Part shown: one piece after another, positions 30,580 through 44,500 of the stretch | How the letters are laid out: each line of letters opens with the position of its first letter | Numbering within the stretch: position 1 is the stretch's first letter | Source: Eledone cirrhosa | Taxonomy: Eukaryota | Reading direction: 5' to 3' | Length of the DNA: 64,000 nt | NCBI GenBank assembly: GCA_964016885.1 | Contig: OZ024740.1 | Location: 32,612,001 to 32,676,000, forward strand | The notes under the pieces: model-generated | The model's input: only the letters and a program-made list of their open reading frames with translations | Databases searched by the model: none | Told to the model about the DNA's origin: nothing | Translations under genes and position numbers: made by a program

Positions 30580-33500
30580 TACAGTCTATTAATAGTATAA
30601 CAAGGCTGGCCTTTTGAATTACAGGTACAGTCTATCAATAGTGTGACAAGACTAGCCTTTTGAATTACAGGTACAGTCTATTAATAGTATAACAATGCTG
30701 GCCTTTTGAATTACAGGTACAGTCTATCAATAGTGTGACAAGGCTGGTCTTTTGAACTACAGGTATAGTCTATCAATAGTGTGACAAGGCTGGCCTTTTG
30801 AATTACAGGTGCAGTCTATCAATAGTGAGACAAGGCAGGCCTTTTGAATTACTGGTACAGTCTATCAATAGTGTGACACAGCTGGCCTTTGAATTACAGG
30901 TACAGTCTATCAATAATGTGACAAGGTTGGTATTTTGAATTAGTGGTACAGTCTATTAATAGTGTGAAAAGGCTGGGAGTTGACTTACAGGTACAGGCTA
31001 TCAATAGTGTGACAAGGCTGGCCTGTGAATTACAGGTTCATTCTATCAATAGTATGACAAGGTTGGCCTTTGATTTACAAGTACAGTTTATCAATAGTGT
31101 GACAAGGCTTGCTTTTGAATTACAGGTACAGACTATCAATATGGTGACAAGGCTGGCCTTTTGAATTACAGGTACAGTCTATAAATAGTGTGACAATGCT
31201 GGACGTTTGAATTACAGGTATAGACTATCAATAGTCTGACAAGGTTGGCCTATGAATTACAGGTACGGTCTATTAATAGTGTGACAAGGCTGGCCTTTGA
31301 ATTACAGGTACAGTCTATCAATAGTTGTGACAGGGATGGCCTTTTGAATTACAGGTACAGTCTATCAATAGTGTGACAAGGCTGGCCTTTGAATTACAGG
31401 TACAGTCTATCAATAGTTGTGACAGGGCTGGCCTTTTGAATTACAGGTACAGTCTATCAATAGTTATGACAGGGCTGGCCTTTTGAATTACAGGTACAGT
31501 CTATCAATAGTTGTGACAGGGCTGGCCTTTTGAATTACAGGTACAGTCTATCAATAGTTGTGACAGGGCTGGCCTTTTGAATTACAGGTACAGTCTATCA
31601 ATAGTTGTGACAGGGCTGGCCTTTTGAATTACATGTACAGTCTATCAATAGTTGTGACAGGGCTGGCCTTTTGAATTACAGGTATAGTCTATCAATAGTT
31701 GTGACAGGGCTGGCCTTTTGAATTACAGGTACAGTCTATCAATAGTTATGACAGGGCTGGCCTTTTGAATTACAGGTATAGTCTATTAATAGTGTAACAA
31801 GGCTGGCCTTTTGAATTACAGGTATAGTCTATCAATAGCTGTGACAGGGGTGGCCTTTTGAATTACAGTTACAGTCTATCAATAGTTGTGACAGGGCTGG
31901 TCTTTTGAATTACAGGTACAGTCTATCCATAGTTGTGAAAGGGCTGGCCTTTTTAATTACAGGTACAGTCTATCAATAGTTGTGACAGGGCTGGCCTTTT
32001 GACTTACAGGTACAGTCTATCAATAGTTGTGACATGGCTGGCCTTTTGAATTACAGGTATAGTCTATTAATAGTGTGACAAGGCTGGCCTTTTGAATTAC
32101 AGGTACAGTTTATTAATAGTGTGAAAAGGCTGGGCGTTGACTTACAGGTACAGTCTATCAATATTGTGACAAGGTTGGCTTTGGAATTACAGGTACAGTC
32201 TATCAATAGTGTGACAAGGCTGGCTTTTGAATTACAGGTACAGTCTATCAATAGTGTGACAAGCTGGATTTTGAATTACAGGTACAGTCTATCAATAGTG
32301 TGACAAGGCAGGCCTTTGAATTACAGGTAGAGTCTATCAATCGTGTGACAAGTCTGGCCTTTTGAATTACAGGAACAGTCTATCAATAGTGTGACAAGGC
32401 TGGCCTTTTGAATTACAGGTACAGTCTATCAATAGTGTGACAAGACTAGCCTTTGAATTACAGTTACAGACTATCAATATGGTGACAAGGCTGGCATTTT
32501 GAATTACAGGTACAGTCTATTAATTGTGTGACAATGCTGGTTTTTGAATTACAGGTACAGTCTATTAATAGTGTGACAAGGCTGGCCATTTGAATTACAG
32601 GTACAGTCTATGAATAGTGTGACAAGACTGGCCTTTGAATTACAGTTACAGACTATCAATATGGTGACAAGGCTGGCCTTTTGAATTACAGGTACAGTCT
32701 ATTAATTGTGTGACAATGCTGGTTTTTGAATTACAGGTACAGTCTATTAATAGTGTGACAAGGTTGGCCTTTTGAATTACAGGTACAGTCTATCAATAGT
32801 GTGACAAGACTAGCCTTTTGAATTACAGGTACAGTCTATTAATAGTATAACAAGGCTGGCCTTTTGAATTACAGGTACAGTCTATTAATAGTATAACAAT
32901 GCTGGCCTTTTGAATTACAGGTACAGTCTATCAATAGTGTGACAAGGCTGGTCTTTTGAACTACAGGTATAGTCTATCAATAGTGTGACAAGGCTGGCCT
33001 TTTGAATTACAGGTGCAGTCTATCAATAGTGAGACAAGGCAGGCCTTTTGAATTACTGGTACAGTCTATCAATAGTGTGACACAGCTGGCCTTTGAATTA
33101 CAGGTACAGTCTATCAATAGTGTGACAAGGTTGGTATTTTGAATTAGTGGTACAGTCTATTAATAGTGTGAAAAGGCTGGGAGTTGACTTACAGGTACAG
33201 GCTATCAATAGTGTGACAAGGCTGGCCTGTGAATTACAGGTTCATTCTATCAATAGTATGACAAGGCTGGCCTTTGATTTACAAGTACAGTTTATCAATA
33301 GTGTGACAAGGCTTGCTTTTGAATTACAGGTACAGACTATCAATATGGTGACAAGGCTGGCCTTTTGAATTACAGGTACAGTCTATCAATAGTGTGACAA
33401 TGCTGGACGTTTGAATTACAGGTATAGACTATCAATAGTCTGACAAGGTTGGCCTATGAATTACAGGTACGGTCTATTAATAGTGTGACAAGGCTGGCCT

Positions 33501-36500
33501 TTGAATTACAGGTACAGTCTATCAATAGTTGTGACAGGGCTGGCCTTTTGAATTACAGGTACAGTCTATCAATAGTGTGACAAGGCTGGCCTTTGAATTA
33601 CAGGTACAGTCTATCAATAGTTGTGACAGGGCTGGCCTTTTGAATTACAGGTACAGTCTATCAATAGTTATGACAGGGCTGGCCTTTTGAATTACAGGTA
33701 CAGTCTATCAATAGTTGTGACAGGGCTGGCCTTTTGAATTACAGGTACAGTCTATCAATAGTTGTGACAGGGCTGGCCTTTTGAATTACAGGTACAGTCT
33801 ATCAATAGTTGTGTCAGGGCTGGCCTTTTGAATTACAGGTACAGTCTATCAATAGTTGTGACAGGGCTGGCCTTTTGAATTACATGTACAGTCTATCAAT
33901 AGTTGTGACAGGGCTGGCCTTTTGAATTACAGGTATAGTCTATCAATAGTTGTGACAGGGCTGGCCTTTTGAATTACAGGTACAGTCTATCAATAGTTGT
34001 GACAGGGCTGGCCTTTTGAATTACAGGTACAGTCTATCAATAGTGTGACAAGGCTGGCTTTTGAATTACAGGTACAGTCTATTAATTGTGTGACAATGCT
34101 GGTTTTTGAATTACAGGTACAGTCTATTAATAGTGTGACAAGGCTGGCCTTTTGAATTACAGGTACAGTCTATCAATAGTGTGACAAGGCTGGTCTTTGA
34201 ATTACAGGTACAGTCTATTAATAGTGTGACAAGGCTGGCCTTTTGAATTACAGGTACAGTCTATCAATAGTGTCACACAGCTGGCCTTTGAATTACAGGT
34301 ACAGTCTATCAATAGTGTGACAAGGCTGGACATTTGAATTACAGGTATAGACTATCAATAATGTGACAAGGCTGGCCTTTGAATTACAGGTGCAGTCTAT
34401 CAATAGTGTGACATGGGTGGTATTTTGAATTACAGGTACAGTCAATTAATAGAGTGACAAGGCTGGCATTTTTAATTACAGGTACAGTCTTTAAATCGTG
34501 TGACAAGGCTGGCCTTTTGAATAACAGGTACAGTCTATGAATAGTGTGACAAGGCAGAGCTTTGAATTACAGGTACAGTCTATGTATAGTGTGACAAGGC
34601 TGGCCTTTGAATTACAGGTACAGTCTATTAATAGTATAACAAGGCTGGCCTTTTGAATTACAGGTACAGTCTATCAATAGTGTGACAAGACTAGCCTTTT
34701 GAATTACAGGTACAGTCTATTAATAGTATAACAATGCTGGCCTTTTGAATTACAGGTACAGTCTATCAATGGTGTGACAAGGCTGGTCTTTTGAACTACA
34801 GGTATAGTCTATCAATAGTGTGACAAGGCTGGCCTTTTGAATTACAGGTGCAGTCTATCAATAGTGAGACAAGGCAGGCCTTTTGAATTACTGGTACAGT
34901 CTATCAATAGTGTGACACAGCTGGCCTTTGAATTACAGGTACAGTCTATCAATAATGTGACAAGGTTGGTATTTTGAATTAGTGGTACAGTCTATTAATA
35001 GTGTGAAAAGGCTGGGAGTTGACTTACAGGTACAGGCTATCAATAGTGTGACAAGGCTGGCCTGTGAATTACAGGTTCATTCTATCAATAGTATGACAAG
35101 GTTGGCCTTTGATTTACAAGTACAGTTTATCAATAGTGTGACAAGGCTTGCTTTTGAATTACAGGTACAGACTATCAATATGGTGACAAGGCTGGCCTTT
35201 TGAATTACAGGTACAGTCTATAAATAGTGTGACAATGCTGGACGTTTGAATTACAGGTATAGACTATCAATAGTCTGACAAGGTTGGCCTATGAATTACA
35301 GGTACGGTCTATTAATAGTGTGACAAGGCTGGCCTTTGAATTACAGGTACAGTCTATCAATAGTTGTGACAGGGATGGCCTTTTGAATTACAGGTACAGT
35401 CTATCAATCGTGTGACAAGGCTGGCCTTTGAATTACAGGTACAGTCTATCAATAGTTGTGACAGGGCTGGCCTTTTGAATTACAGGTACAGTCTATCAAT
35501 AGTTATGACAGGGCTGGCCTTTTGAATTACAGGTACAGTCTATCAATAGTTGTGACAGGGCTGGCCTTTTGAATTACAGGTACAGTCTATCAATAGTTGT
35601 GACAGGGCTGGCCTTTTGAATTACAGGTACAGTCTATCAATAGTTGTGACAGGGCTGGCCTTTTGAATTACATGTACAGTCTATCAATAGTTGTGACAGG
35701 GCTGGCCTTTTGAATTACAGGTATAGTCTATCAATAGTTGTGACAGGGCTGGCCTTTTGAATTACAGGTACAGTCTATCAATAGTTATGACAGGGCTGGC
35801 CTTTTGAATTACAGGTATAGTCTATTAATAGTGTAACAAGGCTGGCCTTTTGAATTACAGGTATAGTCTATCAATAGCTGTGACAGGGGTGGCCTTTTGA
35901 ATTACAGTTACAGTCTATCAATAGTTGTGACAGGGCTGGTCTTTTGAATTACAGGTACAGTCTATCCATAGTTGTGAAAGGGCTGGCCTTTTTAATTACA
36001 GGTACAGTCTATCAATAGTTGTGACAGGGCTGGCCTTTTGACTTACAGGTACAGTCTATCAATAGTTGTGACATGGCTGGCCTTTTGAATTACAGGTATA
36101 GTCTATTAATAGTGTGACAAGGCTGGCCTTTTGAATTACAGGTACAGTTTATTAATAGTGTGAAAAGGCTGGGCGTTGACTTACAGGTACAGTCTATCAA
36201 TATTGTGACAAGGTTGGCTTTGGAATTACAGGTACAGTCTATCAATAGTGTGACAAGGCTGGCTTTTGAATTACAGGTACAGTCTATCAATAGTGTGACA
36301 AGCTGGATTTTGAATTACAGGTACAGTCTATCAATAGTGTGACAAGGCAGGCCTTTGAATTACAGGTAGAGTCTATCAATAGTGTGACAAGTCTGGCCTT
36401 TTGAATTACAGGAACAGTCTATCAATAGTGTGACAAGGCTGGCCTTTTGAATTACAGGTACAGTCTATCAATAGTGTGACAAGACTAGCCTTTGAATTAC

Positions 36501-38570
36501 AGTTACAGACTATCAATATGGTGACAAGGCTGGCATTTTGAATTACAGGTACAGTCTATTAATTGTGTGACAATGCTGGTTTTTGAATTACAGGTACAGT
36601 CTATTAATAGTGTGACAAGGCTGGCCATTTGAATTACAGGTACAGTCTATGAATAGTGTGACAAGACTGGCCTTTGAATTACAGTTACAGACTATCAATA
36701 TGGTGACAAGGCTGGCCTTTTGAATTACAGGTACAGTCTATTAATTGTGTGACAATGCTGGTTTTTGAATTACAGGTACAGTCTATTAATAGTGTGACAA
36801 GGTTGGCCTTTTGAATTACAGGTACAGTCTATCAATAGTGTGACAAGACTAGCCTTTTGAATTACAGGTACAGTCTATTAATAGTATAACAAGGCTGGCC
36901 TTTTGAATTACAGGTACAGTCTATTAATAGTATAACAATGCTGGCCTTTTGAATTACAGGTACAGTCTATCAATAGTGTGACAAGGCTGGTCTTTTGAAC
37001 TACAGGTATAGTCTATCAATAGTGTGACAAGGCTGGCCTTTTGAATTACAGGTGCAGTCTATCAATAGTGAGACAAGGCAGGCCTTTTGAATTACTGGTA
37101 CAGTCTATCAATAGTGTGACACAGCTGGCCTTTGAATTACAGGTACAGTCTATCAATAGTGTGACAAGGTTGGTATTTTGAATTAGTGGTACAGTCTATT
37201 AATAGTGTGAAAAGGCTGGGAGTTGACTTACAGGTACAGGCTATCAATAGTGTGACAAGGCTGGCCTGTGAATTACAGGTTCATTCTATCAATAGTATGA
37301 CAAGGCTGGCCTTTGATTTACAAGTACAGTTTATCAATAGTGTGACAAGGCTTGCTTTTGAATTACAGGTACAGACTATCAATATGGTGACAAGGCTGGC
37401 CTTTTGAATTACAGGTACAGTCTATCAATAGTGTGACAATGCTGGACGTTTGAATTACAGGTATAGACTATCAATAGTCTGACAAGGTTGGCCTATGAAT
37501 TACAGGTACGGTCTATTAATAGTGTGACAAGGCTGGCCTTTGAATTACAGGTACAGTCTATCAATAGTTGTGACAGGGCTGGCCTTTTGAATTACAGGTA
37601 CAGTCTATCAATAGTGTGACAAGGCTGGCCTTTGAATTACAGGTACAGTCTATCAATAGTTGTGACAGGGCTGGCCTTTTGAATTACAGGTACAGTCTAT
37701 CAATAGTTGTGACAGGGCTGGCCTTTTGAATTACAGGTACAGTCTATCAATAGTTGTGTCAGAGCTGGCCTTTTGAATTACAGGTACAGTCTATCAATAG
37801 TTGTGACAGGGCTGGCCTTTTGAATTACATGTACAGTCTATCAATAGTTGTGACAGGGCTGGCCTTTTGAATTACAGGTATAGTCTATCAATAGTTGTGA
37901 CAGGGCTGGCCTTTTGAATTACAGGTACAGTCTATCAATAGTTGTGACAGGGCTGGCCTTTTGAATTACAGGTACAGTCTATCAATAGTGTGACAAGGCT
38001 GGCTTTTGAATTACAGGTACAGTCTATTAATTGTGTGACAATGCTGGTTTTTGAATTACAGGTACAGTCTATTAATAGTGTGACAAGGCTGGCCTTTTGA
38101 ATTACAGGTACAGTCTATCAATAGTGTGACAAGGCTGGTCTTTGAATTACAGGTACAGTCTATTAATAGTGTGACAAGGCTGGCCTTTTGAATTACAGGT
38201 ACAGTCTATCAATAGTGTCACACAGCTGGCCTTTGAATTACAGGTACAGTCTATCAATAGTGTGACAAGGCTGGACATTTGAATTACAGGTATAGACTAT
38301 CAATAATGTGACAAGGCTGGCCTTTGAATTACAGGTGCAGTCTATCAATAGTGTGACATGGGTGGTATTTTGAATTACAGGTACAGTCAATTAATAGAGT
38401 GACAAGGCTGGCATTTTTAATTACAGGTACAGTCTTTAAATCGTGTGACAAGGCTGGCCTTTTGAATAACAGGTACAGTCTATGAATAGTGTGACAAGGC
38501 AGGGCTTTGAATTACAGGTACAGTCTATGTATAGTGTGACAAGGCTGGCCTTTGAATTACAGGTACAGTC
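30580..38570. repeat. Tandem duplication of about 4.0 kb inside the satellite (two copies)
   Basis: Diagnostic variant monomers recur at constant offset 4039 (30943/34982, 32051/36090, 33147/37186). The offset falls to about 3945 near the end, i.e. two 47-bp monomers fewer in copy 2. Confidence 0.88.
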
Positions 38571-41500
38571 TATTATTAGTGTGACAAGGCTGGGCTTTGA
38601 ATTACAGGTACTGTCTATCAATAGTGTGACAAGGCAGGACTTTCAATTACAGGTACAGTCTATCTATAGTATAACAATGCTGGCCTTTGAATTACAGGTA
38701 CAGTCTATCAATAGTGTGACAAGGCCGGCCTTTTGAATTACAAGTACAGTCTATCACTAGTGTGACAAGGCAGGGCTTTGAATTACAGGTACTGTCTATC
38801 AATAGTGTGACAAGGCAGGACTTTCAATTACAGGTACAGTCTATGAATAGTGTGACAAGGCTGGCTTTTTTAATTACAGGTACAGTTTATAAATAGTGTG
38901 ACAAGGCTGGCCTTTGAATTACAGGTACAGTCTATCAATAGTGTGACAAGGCTGGCCTTTTGAATAACAGGTACAGTCTGTCAATAGTGTGACACAGCTA
39001 GCCTTTGAATTACAGGTACAGTCTATCAATAGTGTGACAAGGGTGGCCTTTTGAATTACAGGAACAGTCTATCAAACGTGTGACAAGGCTGGCCTTTTGA
39101 ATTACATGTACAGTCTATCACTAGTGTTACAAGGCAGGCCTTTGAATTACAGGGACTATCTATCAATAGTGTGACAAGGCTGGCCTTTGAATTACAGGTA
39201 CAGTCTATCAAACGTGTTACAAGGCTGGCTTTTTTAATTACAGGTACAGTCTATGAATTGTGTGACAAGGCTGGCCTTTGAATTACAGGTACAGTCTAAT
39301 AATTGAGTGACAAGGCTGGCTTTTTTAATTACAGGTACAGTCTATAAATAGTGTGACAAGGCTGGTCTTTAAATTACAGGTACAGTCTATCAATAGTGTG
39401 ACAAGGCTGGCCTTTTGAATTACAGGTACAGTGTATTAATAGTGTGACAAGGCTGGCTTTTTGAATTACAGGTACAGTCTATTAATATTGTGACAAGGCT
39501 GGCCTTTTGAATTACAGGTACAGTCTTTTAATAGTTTGACAAGGCTGGCCTTTTACTTACAGGTACAGTCTATCAATAGTGTGACAAGGTTGGCCGTTTG
39601 AATAACAGGTTCAGTCGATCAATAGTGTGACACAGCTGGCCTTTCGAATTACAGGTACTGTCTTTCAATATTGTGACAAGGCTGGCCTTTTGAATTACAG
39701 GTACAGTCTATCACTAGTGTGACAAGGATGGGCTTTGAATTACAGGTACTGTCTATGAATAGTGTGACAAGGCAGGACTTTCAATTACAGGTACAGTCTA
39801 TGAATAGTGTGACAAGGCTGGCCTTTGAATTACAGGTACAGTCTATTAATAGAGTGACAAGGCTGGCTTTTTTAATTGCAGGTACAGTCTATAAATAGTG
39901 TGACAAGGCTGGCCTTTTGAAAAACAGGTAAGTCTATCAATAGTGTGACACAGCTGGCCTTTGAATTACAGGTACTGTCTATCAATATTGTGACAAGGCT
40001 GGCCTTTTGAATTACAGGTACAGTCTATCACTAGTGTGACAAGGCTGGGCTTTGAATTACAGGTAATGTCTATCAATAATGTGACAAGGCTGATCTTTGA
40101 ATAACTGGTACAGTCTATCAATAGTGTGACAAGACTGGCTTTTTGAAATACAGGAACAGTCTATCAAACGTGTGACAAGGCTGGCCTTTTGAATTACAGG
40201 TACAGTCTATCAATAGTGTGACAAGGGTGGCCTTTTGAATTACAGGTACCGTCTATCACTAGTGTGACAAGGCTGGCCTTTCTAATTACAGGTATAGTCT
40301 ATCAATAGCGTAACAGGGCTGGCCTTTTGAATTACAGGTACAGTCTATCAATAGTGTGACAAGGCTGGGCTTTGAATTACAGGTACTGTCTATCAATAGT
40401 GTGACAAGGCAGGACTTTCAATTACAGGTACAGCCTATCTATAGTATAACAAGGCTGGCCTTTGAATTACAGGTACAGTCTATCAATAGTGTGACAAGGC
40501 CGGCCTTTTGAATTACAGGTACAGTCTATCACTAGTGTGACAAGGCTGGGCTTTGAATTACAGGTACTGTCTATCAATAGTGTGACAAGGCAGGACTTTC
40601 AATTACAGGTACAGTCTATGAATAGTGTGACAAGTCTGGCCTTTGAATTACAGGTACAGTCTATTAATAGAGTGACAAGGCTGGCTTTTGAATTACAGGT
40701 ACAGTCTATCAATAGTGTTACAAGGCTGGCCTTTTGAATAACAGGTACAGTCTATCAATAGTGTGACACAGCTGGCCTTTGAATTACAGGTACAGTCTAT
40801 TAATAGAGTGACAAGGCTGGACTTTTGAATTACAGGTACAGTCTATCAAAAATGAGACAAGGCTGGCCTTTTCAATTACAAGTACAGTCTATCACTAGTG
40901 TGACAAGGCTGGGCTTTGAATTACAGGTACTGTCTATCAATAGTGTGACAAGGCTGGCCTTTGAATAACCGGTACAGTCTATCAATAGTGTGACAAGGCT
41001 GGCCTTTTGAATTACAGGTACAGTCTATCAATAGTGTGACAAGGGTGGCCTTTGAATTACAGTTACAGTCTATCACTAGTGTGACAAGGCTGGCGTTTGA
41101 ATTACAGGTACAGTCTATTAATAGTGTGACAAGGCTGGCCTTTTGAATTACAGGTATAATCTCTCAATAGTGTGACAGGGCTGGCCTTTTGAATTACAGG
41201 TACAGTCTATCAATAGTGTGACAAGGCTGGCCTTTTGAATTACAGGTATAGTCTATCAATAGTGTGACAAGGCTGGCCTTTTGGATTACAGGTACAGTCT
41301 ATCAATAGTGTGACAAGGCTGGACGTTTGAATTACAGGTATAGACTATCAATAGTATGACAAGGCTGGCCTTTGAATTACAGGTATAGTCTATTAATTGT
41401 GTGACAATGCTGGTTTTTGAATTACAGGTACAGTCTATTATTAGTGGGACAAGACTGGCCTTTTGAATTACAGGTACATTGTATCAATAGTGTGACAAGG

Positions 41501-44500
41501 CTGGCCTTTGAATTACAGGTACAGTCTATTAATAGTGTGACAGGGCTGGCCTTTGAATTACAGGTACAGTCTATCACTAGTGTGACAAGGCTGGCCTTTG
41601 AATTACAGCTACAGTCTATTAATTGTGTGACGATGCTGGTTTTTGAATTCCAGGTACAGTCTATGTATAGTGTGACAAGGCTGGCCTTTGAATTACAGGT
41701 ACAGTCTATTATTAGTGTGACAAGGCTGGGCTTTGAATTACAGGTACTGTCTATCAATAGTGTGACAAGGCAGGACTTTCAATTACAGGTACAGTCTATC
41801 TATAGTATAACAAGGCTGGCCTTTGAATTACAGGTACAGTCTATCAATAGTGTGACAAGGCCGGCCTTTTGAATTACAGGTACAGTCTATCACTAGTGTG
41901 ACAAGGCTGGGCTTTGAATTACAGGTACTGTCTATCAATAGTGTGACAAGGCTGGCTTTTTTAATTACAGGTACAGTCTATAAATAGTGTGACAAGGCTG
42001 GCCTTTGAATTACTGGTACAGTCTATCGCTAGTGTCACAAGGCTGGGCTTTGAATTACAGGTACTGTCTATCAATAGTGTGACAAGGCTGGCCTTTGAAT
42101 AACCGGTACAGTCTATCAATAGTGTGACAAGGCTGGCCTTTTGAATTACAGGTACAGTCTATCAATAGTGTGACAAGGGTGGCCTTTGAATTACAGTTAC
42201 AGTCTATCACTAGTGTGACAAGGCTGGCCTTTGAATTACAGGTACAGTCTATTAATAGTGTGACAAGGCTGGCCTTTTGAATTGCTGGTATAGTCTATCA
42301 ATAGTGTGACAGGGCTGGCCTTTTGAATTACAGGTACAGTCTATCAATAGTGTGACAAGGCTGGCCTTTTGAATTACAGGTACAGTCTATCAATAGTGTG
42401 ACAAGGCTGGCCTTTTGAATTACAGGTACAGTCTATCAATAGTGTGACAAGGGTGGCCTTTGAATTACAGTTACAGTCTATCACTAGTGTGACAAGGCTG
42501 GCCTTTGAATTACAGGTACAGTCTATTAATAGTGTGACAAGGCTGGCCTTTTGAATTACAGGTATAGTCTATCAATAGTGTGACAGGGCTGGCCTTTTGA
42601 ATTACAGGTACAGTCTATCAATAGTGTGACAAGGCTGGCCTTTTGGATTACAGGTACAGTCTATCAATAGTGTGACAAGGCTGGACGTTTGAATTACAGG
42701 TATAGACTATCAGTAGTGTGACAAGGCTGGCCTTTGAATTACAGGTACAGTCTATTAATTGTGTGACAGGGCTGGCCTTTGAATTACAGCTACAGTCTAT
42801 TAACAGTGTGACAAGGAGGCCTTTTTTAATTACAGGTATAGTCTATCAATAGTGTAACAGGGCTGGCCCTTTGAATTACAGGTACAGTCTATCAATAGTG
42901 TGACAAGGCTGGCTTTTTTAATTACAGGTACTGTCTATAAATAGTGTGACAAGGCTGGCCTTTTGAATAACAGGTACAGTCTATCAATAGTGTGACACAG
43001 CTGGCCTTTGAATTACAGGTACTGTCTATCAAACGTGTGACAAGGCTGGCCTTTTGAATTACAGGTACAATCTATCACTAGTGTGACAAGGCTGGCCTTT
43101 GAATTACAGGTGCAGTCTATCAATAGTGTGACAAGGCTGGCCTTTTGAATTACAGGTATAGTCTATCAATAGTGTGACAGGGCTGGCCTTTTGAATTACA
43201 GGTACAGTCTATTAACAGTGTGACAGGGCTGGCCTTTGAATTACAAGTACAGTCTATCAATAGTGTGACAAGGCTGGCCTTTTGATTACAGGTACAGTCT
43301 ATCAATAGTGTGACAAGGCTGGCCTTTGAATTACAAGTACAGTCTATCAATAGTGTGACAGGGCTGGCCTTTTGAATTACAGGTAGTCTATTAATAGTGT
43401 GACAGGGCTGGCCTTTTGAATTACAGGTACAGTCTATCAATAGTGTGACAAGGCTGGCCTTTTGAATTACAGGTATAGTCTATCAATAGTGTGACAAGGC
43501 TGGCCTTTTGAATTACAGGTACAGTCTATCAATAGTGTGACAAGGCTGGCCTTTTGAATTACAGGTACAGTCTATCAATAGTGTGACAAGGCTGGCCTTT
43601 TGAATTGCAGGTATAGTCTATCAATAGTGTGACAGGGCTGGCCTTTTGAATTACAGGTACAGTCTATCAATAGTGTGACAAGGCTGGCCTTTTGAATTAC
43701 CGGTACAGTCTATTAATAGTGTGAGAGGGCTGGCCTTTTGAATTACAGGTAGAGTCTATCAATAGTGTGACAAGGCTGGCCTTTGAATTACAGGTGCAGT
43801 CTATCAATAGTGTGACAAGGCTGGTATTTCTAATTACAGGTACAGTCTATTAATAGTGTGACAAGGCTGGCCTTTTGATTACAGGTACAGTCTATCAATA
43901 GTTTGACAAGGCTGGACGTTTGAATTACAGGTACAGTCTATCAATTGTGTGATAAGGCTGGCCTTTGAATTACAGGTACAGTGTATCAATAGTTTGACAG
44001 TGCTTGCCTTTGAATTACAGGTACAGTCTATTAATAGTGTGACAATGCTGGCCTTTGAATTACAGGTACAGTCTATCAATAGTATAACAAGGCTGGCCTT
44101 TGAATTACAGGTACAGTTTATCAATTGTGTGACAAGGCTCCCCTTTTGAATTACAGGTACAGTCTATCAATAGTATAACAAGGCTGGCCTTTGAATTACA
44201 GGTTCAGTTTATCAATTGTGTGACAAGGCTGGCCTTTGAATTACAAGTACAGTCTGTCAATAGTGTGACAAGGTTGGCCTTTTTAATAACAGGTACAGTC
44301 TATCAATAGTGTGACAAGGCTGGCCTTTTGAATTACAGGTACAGTCTCTCAATTGAGTGACAAGGCTGGCCTTTTGAATTACAGGTACAGTCTATCAATA
44401 GTGTGACAAGGCTGGCCTTTTGAATTACAGGTATAGTCTATTAATAGTGTGACAGTGCTGGCCTTTTGAATTACAGGTACGGTCTATCAATAGTGTGACA

